Part shown: one piece after another, positions 18,768 through 26,583 of the stretch
Layout of the letters: every line of letters begins with the position of its first letter
Numbering within the stretch: the stretch's first letter is position 1
Assembly (NCBI GenBank): GCA_035547775.1
Contig: DASZUC010000033.1
Coordinates: 1 to 48,743 of the forward strand
Source: Candidatus Saccharimonadales bacterium
Lineage (GTDB): Bacteria > Patescibacteriota > Saccharimonadia > Saccharimonadales > UBA4665
Reading direction: 5' to 3'
Length of the DNA stretch: 48,743 nucleotides
Notes under the pieces: model-generated
The model's database searches: none
Told to the model about the DNA's origin: nothing
What the model saw: only the letters and a program-made list of their open reading frames with translations
Translations under genes and position numbers: made by a program

Positions 18768-19490
18768 CTACAGCAAGCTTTCGTCGATGTCAAAATTCAC
18801 ATGCGTAGCGCTGACATCATCAAGATCTTCCAGAGCGTCCATCAAACGCATAATTTTGCCAGCCGTGTCTTTGTCGGTGATTTCGACGGTGTTATTCGGT
18901 ACATAGGTTAATTCAGCTTCAGTGACTTCCAGACCGCCGTTACGCAAAGCGTCACGGACTTTAGCCAAGTCGGTGGGCGCCGTATAAATGACCGATTCGC
19001 CCCCTTCTTCCTGGACGTCTTCGGCGCCGGCATCAAGCGCCGTCATCAGTACCTCGTCGCCAGTTCTGGTAACCCGAATGGTGCCCTTACGGTCGAATTG
19101 AAAAGCCACACTGCCCTTATCCGCAATGTTGCCGCCGTGCTTACTAAAGGCTAATTTAACGTCGGGGTAAGTGCGATTAATGTTATCGGTGGCACACTCG
19201 GCCAGAATTGCCACCCCGCCCGGACCGTAGCCTTCATACAGAATCTCTTGTAATTGCGCGGCGTCTTTATCTTTCGCCCGATCAATGGAACGCTGAATGT
19301 TAGCCGCCGGCATGTTTGAAGCTTTGGCTTTGTCGACAGCTAGGCGCAGAGCGAAATTCGTTTCAATGTCAGTGCCGGCGCGCGCCGCAATCGCAATGGC
19401 ATTGCCAAGCTTGGTGAATAAAGCGCCACGGGCAGCGTCTTTGGCACCTTTCTCGCGTTTAATTGTTGACCATTTACTGTGTCCCGACAC
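18768..19490 (-). CDS. yebC: YebC/PmpR family DNA-binding transcriptional regulator
   Basis: MSGHSKWSTIKREKGAKDAARGALFTKL N-terminus is diagnostic. 240 aa. Classic position upstream of ruvC. Confidence 0.95.
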   Translation of the reverse strand: MSGHSKWSTIKREKGAKDAARGALFTKLGNAIAIAARAGTDIETNFALRLAVDKAKASNMPAANIQRSIDRAKDKDAAQLQEILYEGYGPGGVAILAECATDNINRTYPDVKLAFSKHGGNIADKGSVAFQFDRKGTIRVTRTGDEVLMTALDAGAEDVQEEGGESVIYTAPTDLAKVRDALRNGGLEVTEAELTYVPNNTVEITDKDTAGKIMRLMDALEDLDDVSATHVNFDIDESLL

Positions 19491-19559
19491 GTCTTAAGCT
19501 TCCTGTTTAACAATTTTCTTATCTGTTATTCTAACATTTTAGGACCAGGTTCGCAATCG

Positions 19560-19628
19560 TGTCATTTCGACCGAAGCGGAGAGATCTTACTTGAGCGCAT
19601 AGATTCCTCGACTGCGCTCGGAATGACA
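19560..19628. repeat. 69-bp imperfect palindromic element (copy 1), MITE/REP/RPE-like
   Basis: tgtcatttcgaccgaagcggagagatct - 13-nt loop - agattcctcgactgcgctcggaatgaca. The arms match as an inverted repeat at 21/28 positions. The first arm matches copy 2 at 25/28 positions (first 16 nt identical). Overlaps the last 22 codons and the stop of comEC. Confidence 0.75.
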
Positions 19629-21058
19629 GTTGTCGCCCCTTTTGTCTTGAGTTGTAGCAGTAGACTCATGCCCAATGCTAGTGTATACAATCCAACCAAT
19701 CCCGACACCGCCAAGCTGAGATGTTGGCGGAAAATGTGCGGAATCCGAGCCAGCAAGTGACTGATATCCAACATATACGTCAATAGAATGCGCGCCGGCC
19801 AAGCCAACCACCCAGCGATCGGACCCACCAACATACCAGCTAAACCAGCGATAGCGCACAGCAACATAGCTAGAGGCACGAGTGATGTCACCAGCACATT
19901 CGCTGGCAAACCAATGAATGAAATCTGCCCGAATGTGAATAACACGAATGGCAATGTCATCAGTTCAGCGCAGGCGCTTTCAAGCGCAATCGATACTACC
20001 ATTGACTCTCGCCAACGCGGTCGCCAGCGAGCTCGAAAACTTGGCGCCACTACCAGCACACCATAGAAGGCCAAAAAACTAAGATACCAACTCGCGTCGC
20101 TCCAGACATACATGGGGTTCAGCCAAGCAGTGAGTGCCGCTGCCAGCACAATCAAATTAAGCGGCTTAAAAGTCCTCCCATAGTACATTGCAACAATACT
20201 TAACATGCTAACTATTGCCGCACGTACGATGGAAGCACTGGAACCAGCCAACAGCACAAAGCTACCTATCAAGCTGAGCGATAGCAGGAGTGATAAGCGT
20301 TTAGAGCGCTCAGCTAACAAGCCCTTGCTGGCCTGCAAGATAATAGTCAGGTTGTAGCCGGACACCGCAATAATATGGGTTAAACCGACCATCAATAAAT
20401 CTTGCTTAACACTGGGTGGCAGCGTAGCACGTTGACCAATCAACAAGCCCAGACCAAATGACGCTAGCGGTTCTGGTAAGGCACTCTGCAAGCCAGCATC
20501 GAACTTCCGGCGCACACTAGCGATGAGTGATGAATGGTGTGCCACGAGCTCCAACTCGGCATAGCTAATCTGCGCCTGGTAGGCGCCCCACCCCGGATAT
20601 AGCTTGCCGCTCACCTGCACTACATCTCCCGCAAAGATCGCTGGCAGCCCAAAACCACTGACTTCAATTTTACCGACTAGCCTCTCGCCAGTGTCGAGCT
20701 GCATATGCGCGGCATCAAAACTGAGCTGCGCATTCGGACCGTACACCGCATCGTCCAAAGCCTGTACGGTGAGCGTAACCCTCTGCTTGCCGAGCGCTCG
20801 GTACGCGCCTAATTTATGCTGATAGAAATTGCCACGATAACCACCAAGGCACAGTCCTAGCCCAGCAACCAATACCAGACCCAACAGCGTTCGGCGCCGT
20901 AACAACACAGCCACAGCAAGCAGGCCGAGACACTTGGCACCACTCGCCCGCCAGCCAATCACCGCCAGACCAATTCCCACCAGAAAGGCCAAGCCACCTA
21001 CGACCCATATAGTTGTCCGCCGAAATTGGTGGTACTTGAGTCGCTGCAGCCTGCCCAC
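19562..21058 (-). CDS. comEC: DNA internalisation channel ComEC/Rec2 (OB/DUF4131 plus competence domain, no metallo-beta-lactamase domain)
   Basis: 498 aa. N-terminal TM helices, an OB-like segment (VTLTVQALDD...GDVVQVSGKL), and a polytopic competence domain with LLMVGLTHIIAVSGYNLTII. The C-terminal 22 aa are encoded by the palindromic element. Confidence 0.85.
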   Translation of the reverse strand: MGRLQRLKYHQFRRTTIWVVGGLAFLVGIGLAVIGWRASGAKCLGLLAVAVLLRRRTLLGLVLVAGLGLCLGGYRGNFYQHKLGAYRALGKQRVTLTVQALDDAVYGPNAQLSFDAAHMQLDTGERLVGKIEVSGFGLPAIFAGDVVQVSGKLYPGWGAYQAQISYAELELVAHHSSLIASVRRKFDAGLQSALPEPLASFGLGLLIGQRATLPPSVKQDLLMVGLTHIIAVSGYNLTIILQASKGLLAERSKRLSLLLSLSLIGSFVLLAGSSASIVRAAIVSMLSIVAMYYGRTFKPLNLIVLAAALTAWLNPMYVWSDASWYLSFLAFYGVLVVAPSFRARWRPRWRESMVVSIALESACAELMTLPFVLFTFGQISFIGLPANVLVTSLVPLAMLLCAIAGLAGMLVGPIAGWLAWPARILLTYMLDISHLLARIPHIFRQHLSLAVSGLVGLYTLALGMSLLLQLKTKGATTVIPSAVEESMRSSKISPLRSK

Positions 21059-21154
21059 GGCGCTATCCTACCAAACCTAACTCACGAATATATTAAAACT
21101 TAATGAAACGTTAACAAGATTTATCGCTACCGATAGAAATGCTAGTATTGGTCC

Positions 21155-21400
21155 ATGCAATGGCAAGATTATGTGATCGCCGTCGGCTCGATACTTTTCA
21201 TTATCGCCCTAATGCCGTCGGTGTTGGGCAAGAATAAACCTGCCCTCTCGACCAGCGTCATGACTGGCTCGGTACTGATGGTGTTTGCCATTACCTACAC
21301 CACGCTTCACTTATGGTTTGCAGGTATTACTACTGCCTTAACGGCTATTCAGTGGTTTATTCTAGCCATCCAGAAATACCAGCAAAAACCCGAAAAGTAG
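21155..21400 (+). CDS. Small 3-TM membrane protein
   Basis: 81 aa with three hydrophobic helices. The layout loosely resembles PQ-loop/SemiSWEET-size proteins, but the PQ motif is absent. Confidence 0.55.
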   Translation: MQWQDYVIAVGSILFIIALMPSVLGKNKPALSTSVMTGSVLMVFAITYTTLHLWFAGITTALTAIQWFILAIQKYQQKPEK

Positions 21401-21441
21401 TCTTTAGGCTTGTTTGCAGCATTCGACCACTGTTTAAGCGA

Positions 21442-21469
21442 TTGACTTTTTGGCTAAAATCTCGATAAT
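21442..21469 (+). promoter_or_regulatory. Candidate sigma70-like promoter upstream of tRNA-Lys
   Basis: TTGACT (21442-21447), 16-nt spacer, GATAAT (21464-21469). About 165 nt upstream of the mature tRNA 5' end. Confidence 0.4.
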
Positions 21470-21635
21470 GTAAGGAGTTATTTTGCCTGTGCGAAATAAA
21501 TCAAAACATTAAACCAAGGAGCATCTGCGACTGTTTAATGTTTTGAGAAGGAGGCTGAGCGAGAAGCTCATATGCCGACAAGCAGAAGCCACAAGCTGAT
21601 GCGCGTCGGCTGGAGCATCGAGCTCGAGCCGACGA

Positions 21636-21712
21636 GGGCCCATAGCTCAGTTGGTTAGAGCAGTGGACTTTTAATCCACGTGTCCCGGGTTCGAGTCCCG
21701 GTGGGCCCTCCA
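21636..21712 (+). tRNA. tRNA-Lys (anticodon UUU), CCA encoded
   Basis: Cloverleaf by hand: acceptor gggccca/tgggccc, D arm gctc-agttggtta-gagc, anticodon arm gtgga-cTTTTaa-tccac, variable loop gtgtc, T arm ccggg-ttcgagt-cccgg, discriminator t, then cca. Confidence 0.92.
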
Positions 21713-21720
21713 ATGAAAAT

Positions 21721-21745
21721 GCCTCAGTCAATGCTGAGGCTTTTT
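21721..21745 (+). terminator. Rho-independent terminator after tRNA-Lys
   Basis: gcctcag-tcaatg-ctgaggc followed by TTTTT. Confidence 0.7.
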
Positions 21746-21768
21746 CATTCAAGGCCCGTCGACACTTG

Positions 21769-21881
21769 TTACCGGGATGCAGGTTCGCCATCGGCGAAGA
21801 TGCAAGTCCCGCGTTCGATCGCCCAGGCTACGCGCAGGAACTCATTCCGAGCATAGCCACAGATGCGCGCTGTCCCGGTAA
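21769..21881 (+). ncRNA. Candidate structured RNA or cis-regulatory leader (unclassified)
   Basis: A perfect 9-bp closing stem ttaccggga/tcccggtaa encloses 95 nt. Inside it is the hairpin tgca-gg-ttcgcc-atc-ggcgaa-ga-tgca (21778-21804), plus competing pairings ggcta/tagcc and cgcgca/tgcgcg. A terminator follows 22 nt downstream. Confidence 0.3.
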
Positions 21882-21902
21882 CCCCAAACCGGCTCCTTCA
21901 TA

Positions 21903-21925
21903 CTCCTCTGCTTTGAGGAGTTTTT
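21903..21925 (+). terminator. Intrinsic terminator-like hairpin directly upstream of the 82-aa ORF
   Basis: ctcctc-tgcttt-gaggag followed by TTTTT. Ends 14 nt before the ATG at 21940. Confidence 0.55.
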
Positions 21926-21939
21926 GCTATCATAAAGTT

Positions 21940-22188
21940 ATGGATATAAAAGGTTTTGAGAAAATCCGCGAGCTGCTTGAATTAGAAACGATTGATGCAC
22001 GAGTGCGACCACCACTCGCCGACACTGCAGAAGTGAAATATTTTGGTATTGCCAATGCAGACATTAATACGGCTGAAATTTCAGGGCTCGGCAATCTCGT
22101 GTGCGAACAATTTGCCGAGGTAGAATATACCGGCTTTGCCCGAGGTTACTACAGTTTTGTCGACCACTCGCTGACCGATAGGGTTTAA
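21940..22188 (+). CDS. Hypothetical small acidic protein
   Basis: I start at the internal ATG (MDIKGFEKIREL...), giving 82 aa. The upstream part of the ORF-track entry (from TTG at 21766) covers the structured region and terminator and has an unconvincing composition. Confidence 0.5.
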   Translation: MDIKGFEKIRELLELETIDARVRPPLADTAEVKYFGIANADINTAEISGLGNLVCEQFAEVEYTGFARGYYSFVDHSLTDRV

Positions 22189-22208
22189 TCCTTTGGTACA
22201 CTGTTCCT

Positions 22209-22856
22209 ATGGAAGCGATGAGTACATTCGACGTAGTCTACCGAATAATCGAAAGAGACCATCCTCGGCTAATCTATATATCTGGTAAAACATCCACAGG
22301 CAAAACCACACTCGCCAACTCTCTCCAAGGCAAATACCATACTGCCATTATCGAGCTAGACAAAATTATTCTTGGTATTGAAGCTCCAAAAGAAATTAAT
22401 AAATTTGTGGCGATCTATCGAAATCGTGATCAAGTTAAGCTGATAGAACTATTTGTTGCCCGTGTTAAGCAGGCCGTTCAAGAAGCGCTAAAAACACACA
22501 AATCAGTTATTTTTGAAGGGGCTATTGCGAACACTAAGACACTGCAGAAGATCGTGGACGCATACCCAAATGACTTTTTATTCATATATTTGACGCCAGT
22601 CAGCTTAGAAGCATACACTGAGCGTCTTACGAGCCGCTTTGTCTTAGCTACACCGCATCATAACTCTGGTTTACCACCAAGTTTCTGGGCACTATTTAAT
22701 GAGAAGGAATTAGCCAATTTTTATACGACGAGAAACATTACTCCGGAGATTCATACCCACATCATCACTTACGCAAAGGCTTCGATGGAAGAGTCTGAAG
22801 CTCGATTAGCGATGTTTAAAGAAGCTTTTCATGACATCCTTGTTCTGACAGTTTAG
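22209..22856 (+). CDS. P-loop NTPase/kinase-like protein
   Basis: Walker A ISGKTSTGKTTLANSL near the N-terminus. Size (215 aa) and layout resemble small-molecule or nucleotide kinases. The substrate cannot be inferred. Confidence 0.6.
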   Translation: MEAMSTFDVVYRIIERDHPRLIYISGKTSTGKTTLANSLQGKYHTAIIELDKIILGIEAPKEINKFVAIYRNRDQVKLIELFVARVKQAVQEALKTHKSVIFEGAIANTKTLQKIVDAYPNDFLFIYLTPVSLEAYTERLTSRFVLATPHHNSGLPPSFWALFNEKELANFYTTRNITPEIHTHIITYAKASMEESEARLAMFKEAFHDILVLTV

Positions 22857-22876
22857 TTCTCTGTTATCATGACTGT

Positions 22877-24679
22877 ATGGCTAAAGATGACAGCTTAACA
22901 ACACTTCAACAACTGCGCGCTATTTGGGGTGTGGCTGTTTTAAGTTTTCAAACTGCACCCGGTGCGGTGGTCTTCAAATTACTCGGCTCAGTCATTAATG
23001 CCCTCCTGCCAATTGCTACCACCTACTTTGCTGCTCGCACCACCACTGCCCTGGCCGCTGCTTACAACGGGCAGACTAACGCGAAGTCACAAGTTATTCT
23101 CTACGTGATCCTAACAGCCGTTTTTGGCCTGATCATGACAGCTTGGAGCAGTCTTGATAATTATGTGCAGGCTAAGATGCGCTATGTAGTAGAGACCCGG
23201 GTGAGCAACCGAATGTTTGAGCATTTTTTGTCGCTAGAATTCTGGCGTTACGACGATAAGCGTACTGCCGATTTATACGACCGTGCTCAGAAGTTCGCTC
23301 AATTCTTCTCGTGGATTTTCGATCGCATCGCCACCATCATTTCCCAGCTCATTGGCGTAGTTAGCGCCATTGTTGCCTTAGTCTTCGTGAACGGCGGCAT
23401 TGCTGCTTTTATTTTAATTGCAGTTGCCCCGGGTATTTATGTGCAGTTCAAACTTTCGCGTCGTCAAATTAAACACTGGAATGAAAACGTTGAGGTTCGT
23501 CGCTCACTCAACCTCATCGAATGGAACATGTTGCAACCACGACTCATCAGTGAGCTGCGACTGTACGGCATGGTTAACTATCTACTCCGTTTGCGCACCA
23601 ACTTACGTGATCGTGACGAGAAAAAGCGGATCGAAATTGAGCGCGACACCGTGCCCCTCACGCTGCTTTCCAATGTGCTCGAAGCCGGAGCCGAAGTAGC
23701 CGCTCTTATTTGGATCAGTCTACAGATCATCGCTCGCAAGCAGCCACTTGGCCAATTCCTTTACGTGCAACAAATGGTAGCTCGCGCCATTAGCAGTGCC
23801 TCCAGTGTGGTTTCGACCATTAGCAGCATTGATGAAGACGTTGCCAACTTGTTCGACTACGAGCAATTTATGAAGTTACCTGTTCGCCAAGAGGGTCACA
23901 AAATCCTCACTGAAGCACCCGCAGCAATTACACTGCACGATGTATCATTCCATTATCCCGGTGATAAGTCGCCAGAGGTTTTGCATCACATTAGCCTCGA
24001 AATTAAACGCCATCAGCATGTCGCCATCGTTGGCGAAAATGGCGCCGGCAAAACCACTCTCATTAAGTTGCTGACTGGTTTATACCATCCAACCAGCGGC
24101 GAGTTATTGCTTGACGAAACGCCCATGCAAACAATTGATGTAACGTCGTGGCATCAGCAGCTTGGGGTGCTGCAGCAAGAGTTTATTTACTACGGTTTTG
24201 CGACCGCCCGCGACAATGTGCGTTATGGCCACGTAGATTTGCCTTATGACGAGCAAAAACTAGCCCAAGCTTTAGAAGATGCCGAAGCCACCGACTTCGT
24301 GCACAAGCTACCCAAAGGCTTGGATTCCTATGTGAATAACTGGATGGAGGATGACGAGGGCAACAAAGGTGTCGATCTATCGGGTGGCCAATGGCAACGC
24401 TTGGCACTGGCTCGCAATTTTTACCGCAATGCACCAGTTATCATTCTGGATGAACCAACTTCTGCAATTGACGCTTTAGCCGAAGCGCGTATTTTCAAGC
24501 GCTTGTTTGAAGGCCGTGATCGCACTGTCATAACCATTAGTCACCGTTTATCCACCATCAAAAAGGCCGACATCATTTATATGCTCAAGGATGGCAAGGT
24601 CGTGGAAAGTGGCACCCACGATGAGTTGATCGCCAAAAAAGGTGCTTTCTACAAAATGTTTGAAGCGCAATTGCATTAG
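22877..24679 (+). CDS. ABC transporter, fused permease/ATPase (exporter type, MsbA/MdlB-like)
   Basis: Six-TM N-terminal half. Walker A GENGAGKTTL, Q-loop, signature LSGGQWQRLALAR, Walker B VIILDEPTSAID, H-loop ITISHRL. Confidence 0.92.
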   Translation: MAKDDSLTTLQQLRAIWGVAVLSFQTAPGAVVFKLLGSVINALLPIATTYFAARTTTALAAAYNGQTNAKSQVILYVILTAVFGLIMTAWSSLDNYVQAKMRYVVETRVSNRMFEHFLSLEFWRYDDKRTADLYDRAQKFAQFFSWIFDRIATIISQLIGVVSAIVALVFVNGGIAAFILIAVAPGIYVQFKLSRRQIKHWNENVEVRRSLNLIEWNMLQPRLISELRLYGMVNYLLRLRTNLRDRDEKKRIEIERDTVPLTLLSNVLEAGAEVAALIWISLQIIARKQPLGQFLYVQQMVARAISSASSVVSTISSIDEDVANLFDYEQFMKLPVRQEGHKILTEAPAAITLHDVSFHYPGDKSPEVLHHISLEIKRHQHVAIVGENGAGKTTLIKLLTGLYHPTSGELLLDETPMQTIDVTSWHQQLGVLQQEFIYYGFATARDNVRYGHVDLPYDEQKLAQALEDAEATDFVHKLPKGLDSYVNNWMEDDEGNKGVDLSGGQWQRLALARNFYRNAPVIILDEPTSAIDALAEARIFKRLFEGRDRTVITISHRLSTIKKADIIYMLKDGKVVESGTHDELIAKKGAFYKMFEAQLH

Positions 24680-24800
24680 CTGATCTGCAGACGCAAAGTC
24701 ACTATTATAGCGCAGCTTAGCAAGCATTTTTCTAACGGACAGGACCGCCCGAAAAGTCTACAGTAGAGCCTGCAATAGTAATCTAAATAAGGAGGTAGCT

Positions 24801-25001
24801 ATGGCAGGAACCAGCAACCGTGGTTTTGCTTCAATGGACCCCGATCGACAACGTGAAATCGCCAGCGAAGGTGGCAAGGCCAGTGGCGGTAACTTCGCCA
24901 ATGATCCGCAACGCGCCAGTGAAGCCGGCAAAAAGGGTGCGGCGGCTCAGCCAACTGAAGCCAAAGCCCGAGGCGGACAGAACAGTCATCGTAATCGATA
25001 G
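24801..25001 (+). CDS. KGG-repeat general stress protein (YciG/GsiB-like)
   Basis: 66 aa. RGFASMDPDRQREIASEGGKASGG and DPQRASEAGKKGAAA repeats, with AAGGAGG 5 nt upstream of the ATG. Confidence 0.8.
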   Translation: MAGTSNRGFASMDPDRQREIASEGGKASGGNFANDPQRASEAGKKGAAAQPTEAKARGGQNSHRNR

Positions 25002-25088
25002 GCCCGTCCGCACGTTATCAGCCACCGCAGTTCTCGCCCGTGAGGAATGCGGTGGCTTAGTAGATAGAGCTAAAGAAAGGAAATAGTC

Positions 25089-25238
25089 ATGGCCAAATAT
25101 GGTAAGAAAGCCCAAGAAGAAGTCGAAAAGACTATGCACGAACACAAGCATGAGGGTAAGTTTCAAAGCCGTCAGCAAGCCATTGCCGTGGGCTTAAGCA
25201 AAGCCCGCCAGCAAGGCGGTAAGGTACCTAAGCACTAG
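25089..25238 (+). CDS. Small basic protein, DUF6496-like (not in the ORF track, 49 aa)
   Basis: ATG at 25089 after AAAGGAAA. Translates to MAKYGKKAQEEVEKTMHEHKHEGKFQSRQQAIAVGLSKARQQGGKVPKH. The KYGKKAQE...RKQAIAIGLS.AR..G.KVP pattern matches, from memory, a widespread small-protein family. Confidence 0.6.
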   Translation: MAKYGKKAQEEVEKTMHEHKHEGKFQSRQQAIAVGLSKARQQGGKVPKH

Positions 25239-25473
25239 CTATCATGCCAATGTACCAAGCAGTATTGTGCGGCTCCCCCCACCGTGCCTCAATGGCCAAG
25301 CGTCGCTGATCACTTGAAGCATACTGCTCTTGCATCGGCAGGTTCAGTCGGCTTGCCAGACGGTCAAACTCGTCAAAAATGACCGCTTCGGCCGCTTGTA
25401 TGACATCTTGGCCGGCCAAAAAACCTTCCAAAATCTCCTGTCCAGCTTCACTGTACTGCACTTTTTCTGTCAT
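25228..25473 (-). CDS. Hypothetical small acidic protein
   Basis: 81-aa ORF with no recognisable motif. Its 3' end overlaps the 49-aa ORF convergently by 11 nt. Confidence 0.45.
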   Translation of the reverse strand: MTEKVQYSEAGQEILEGFLAGQDVIQAAEAVIFDEFDRLASRLNLPMQEQYASSDQRRLAIEARWGEPHNTAWYIGMIASA

Positions 25474-25546
25474 GTTCGTTTGTCCCGCCCAATTATGCGG
25501 GCATCCTATCTATGGTTTACTCTCACCAATGACCGTTGTCAATAGG

Positions 25547-26059
25547 TCAATGTTTGTGATGCTTACCAGCATCGCCAGTTTTTGGCCGCTGCAGCCAAAG
25601 CACGAGCAAACAGACCAGCGCACTGGCACTGACAATCAAATCTTGAGCACGAGTAATCTGCGTCCACAAGGCCGCATCGACAATGTTATGACTTAAGCCC
25701 GGCGACAGCAGCGGTACCACCAGTAAGGCGCCAACAATACCCACACCGAGTGCCGGCAAGATATTGAGGACCAGCCGCGGCGCACCGCGCACCGTTCGAA
25801 TCATAAAAATAGTGGTTAGTAACACTGGGAACAGCAGCAAAACCAAGCGGAGGTTCCGATCGCTAACCGTTAGTGGCTGGGCGGTCACTCGGTTATTGGC
25901 CAAGAAGCTAAAGAAAGAACTGGCATCTTTGCCCACAAACTGCGTCAGTACATCGCCCAAACAGAGACTTAAAAAGACGAGCGTAGCATTAACCCGCAGG
26001 GCAAGCAGTAGAACAACCGGTATGAAAAGGATTAAAGCCAGAATGAGCGCGGGCGACAT
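25547..26059 (-). CDS. Integral membrane protein (about 5 TM), unknown function
   Basis: I start at MSPALILALILFIPVVLLLAL (ATG at 26059), giving 170 aa. The longer ORF-track version would overlap the divergent gene at 26128. Confidence 0.6.
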   Translation of the reverse strand: MSPALILALILFIPVVLLLALRVNATLVFLSLCLGDVLTQFVGKDASSFFSFLANNRVTAQPLTVSDRNLRLVLLLFPVLLTTIFMIRTVRGAPRLVLNILPALGVGIVGALLVVPLLSPGLSHNIVDAALWTQITRAQDLIVSASALVCLLVLWLQRPKTGDAGKHHKH

Positions 26060-26127
26060 ATGCCTAATATACCATGAAAGCACGAGCGTTATGCGCTTCT
26101 CTAAAACGCTAATGCTATAGTGGGGTA

Positions 26128-26583
26128 ATGAATCTGCGCACGCTCGACCTGCAGTTGATTGCCCTGGTACGTCGCTGGTATATACCGCTCGCCCGTCTGG
26201 CAATCTTTATTGTGTACTTCTGGTTTGGAATTTTGAAGCTGTTTAACCTCAGTCCAGCCGGTCCACTGGCTGCCGCCCTGACAGCTAAAACCATTGGACT
26301 AGCCCATTACAGCTTGGCCTTTCACATCTTAGCTGTTTACGAATGCGTCATCGGCGTGATGTTCTTGTTTCCGAAGCTGACTCGAGTTGTCATCCCCTTG
26401 CTGCTGATTCACATCGTTATTGTCTGCTCGCCGTTACTACTCGTGCCCCATTTAGCCTGGCAGCACCCCTTTGTGCCAACACTAGAAGGTCAATACATCA
26501 TCAAAAACGTGGCGATTGTGGCACTGGCTATTGGTCTAGCCGCCCACACGATGCCCTTACAGGCCAAAGCGAAACGACGCTAA
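26128..26583 (+). CDS. Integral membrane protein (4 TM, DoxX-like topology; family uncertain)
   Basis: 151 aa with four hydrophobic helices (IFIVYFWFGILKLF, VYECVIGVMFLF, IPLLLIHIVIVCSPLLL, VAIVALAIGLAA). Confidence 0.6.
   Translation: MNLRTLDLQLIALVRRWYIPLARLAIFIVYFWFGILKLFNLSPAGPLAAALTAKTIGLAHYSLAFHILAVYECVIGVMFLFPKLTRVVIPLLLIHIVIVCSPLLLVPHLAWQHPFVPTLEGQYIIKNVAIVALAIGLAAHTMPLQAKAKRR

Noticed and set aside
21501-21791. 96-aa minus-strand ORF spanning the tRNA-Lys region
   Set aside because: It is the antisense reading of the tRNA, its terminator and the leader hairpin. Part of its sequence is simply the reverse-complemented tRNA (GPPGLEPGTRGLKVHCSNQLSYGP).
21769-21881. Identification of the structured region as SRP RNA, tmRNA, or a named riboswitch class
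   Set aside because: I compared it from memory with 4.5S RNA domain IV, the tmRNA tRNA-like end, and the fluoride, ZTP, guanidine-I/II/III, glycine and TPP cores, and found no convincing motif. It remains an unclassified candidate.
21636-24679. Genomic island integrated at tRNA-Lys
   Set aside because: There is no integrase or recombinase. I found no direct repeat of the tRNA 3' end downstream, only an 8-nt tgtcccgg match. The downstream genes look like ordinary housekeeping or transport genes.
24820-25178. 88-aa plus-strand and 115-aa minus-strand ORFs overlapping the KGG gene and the hairpin
   Set aside because: They conflict with the SD-preceded KGG-repeat ORF and the 49-aa ORF, both of which have recognisable family-like sequences. 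Their translations are low-complexity.
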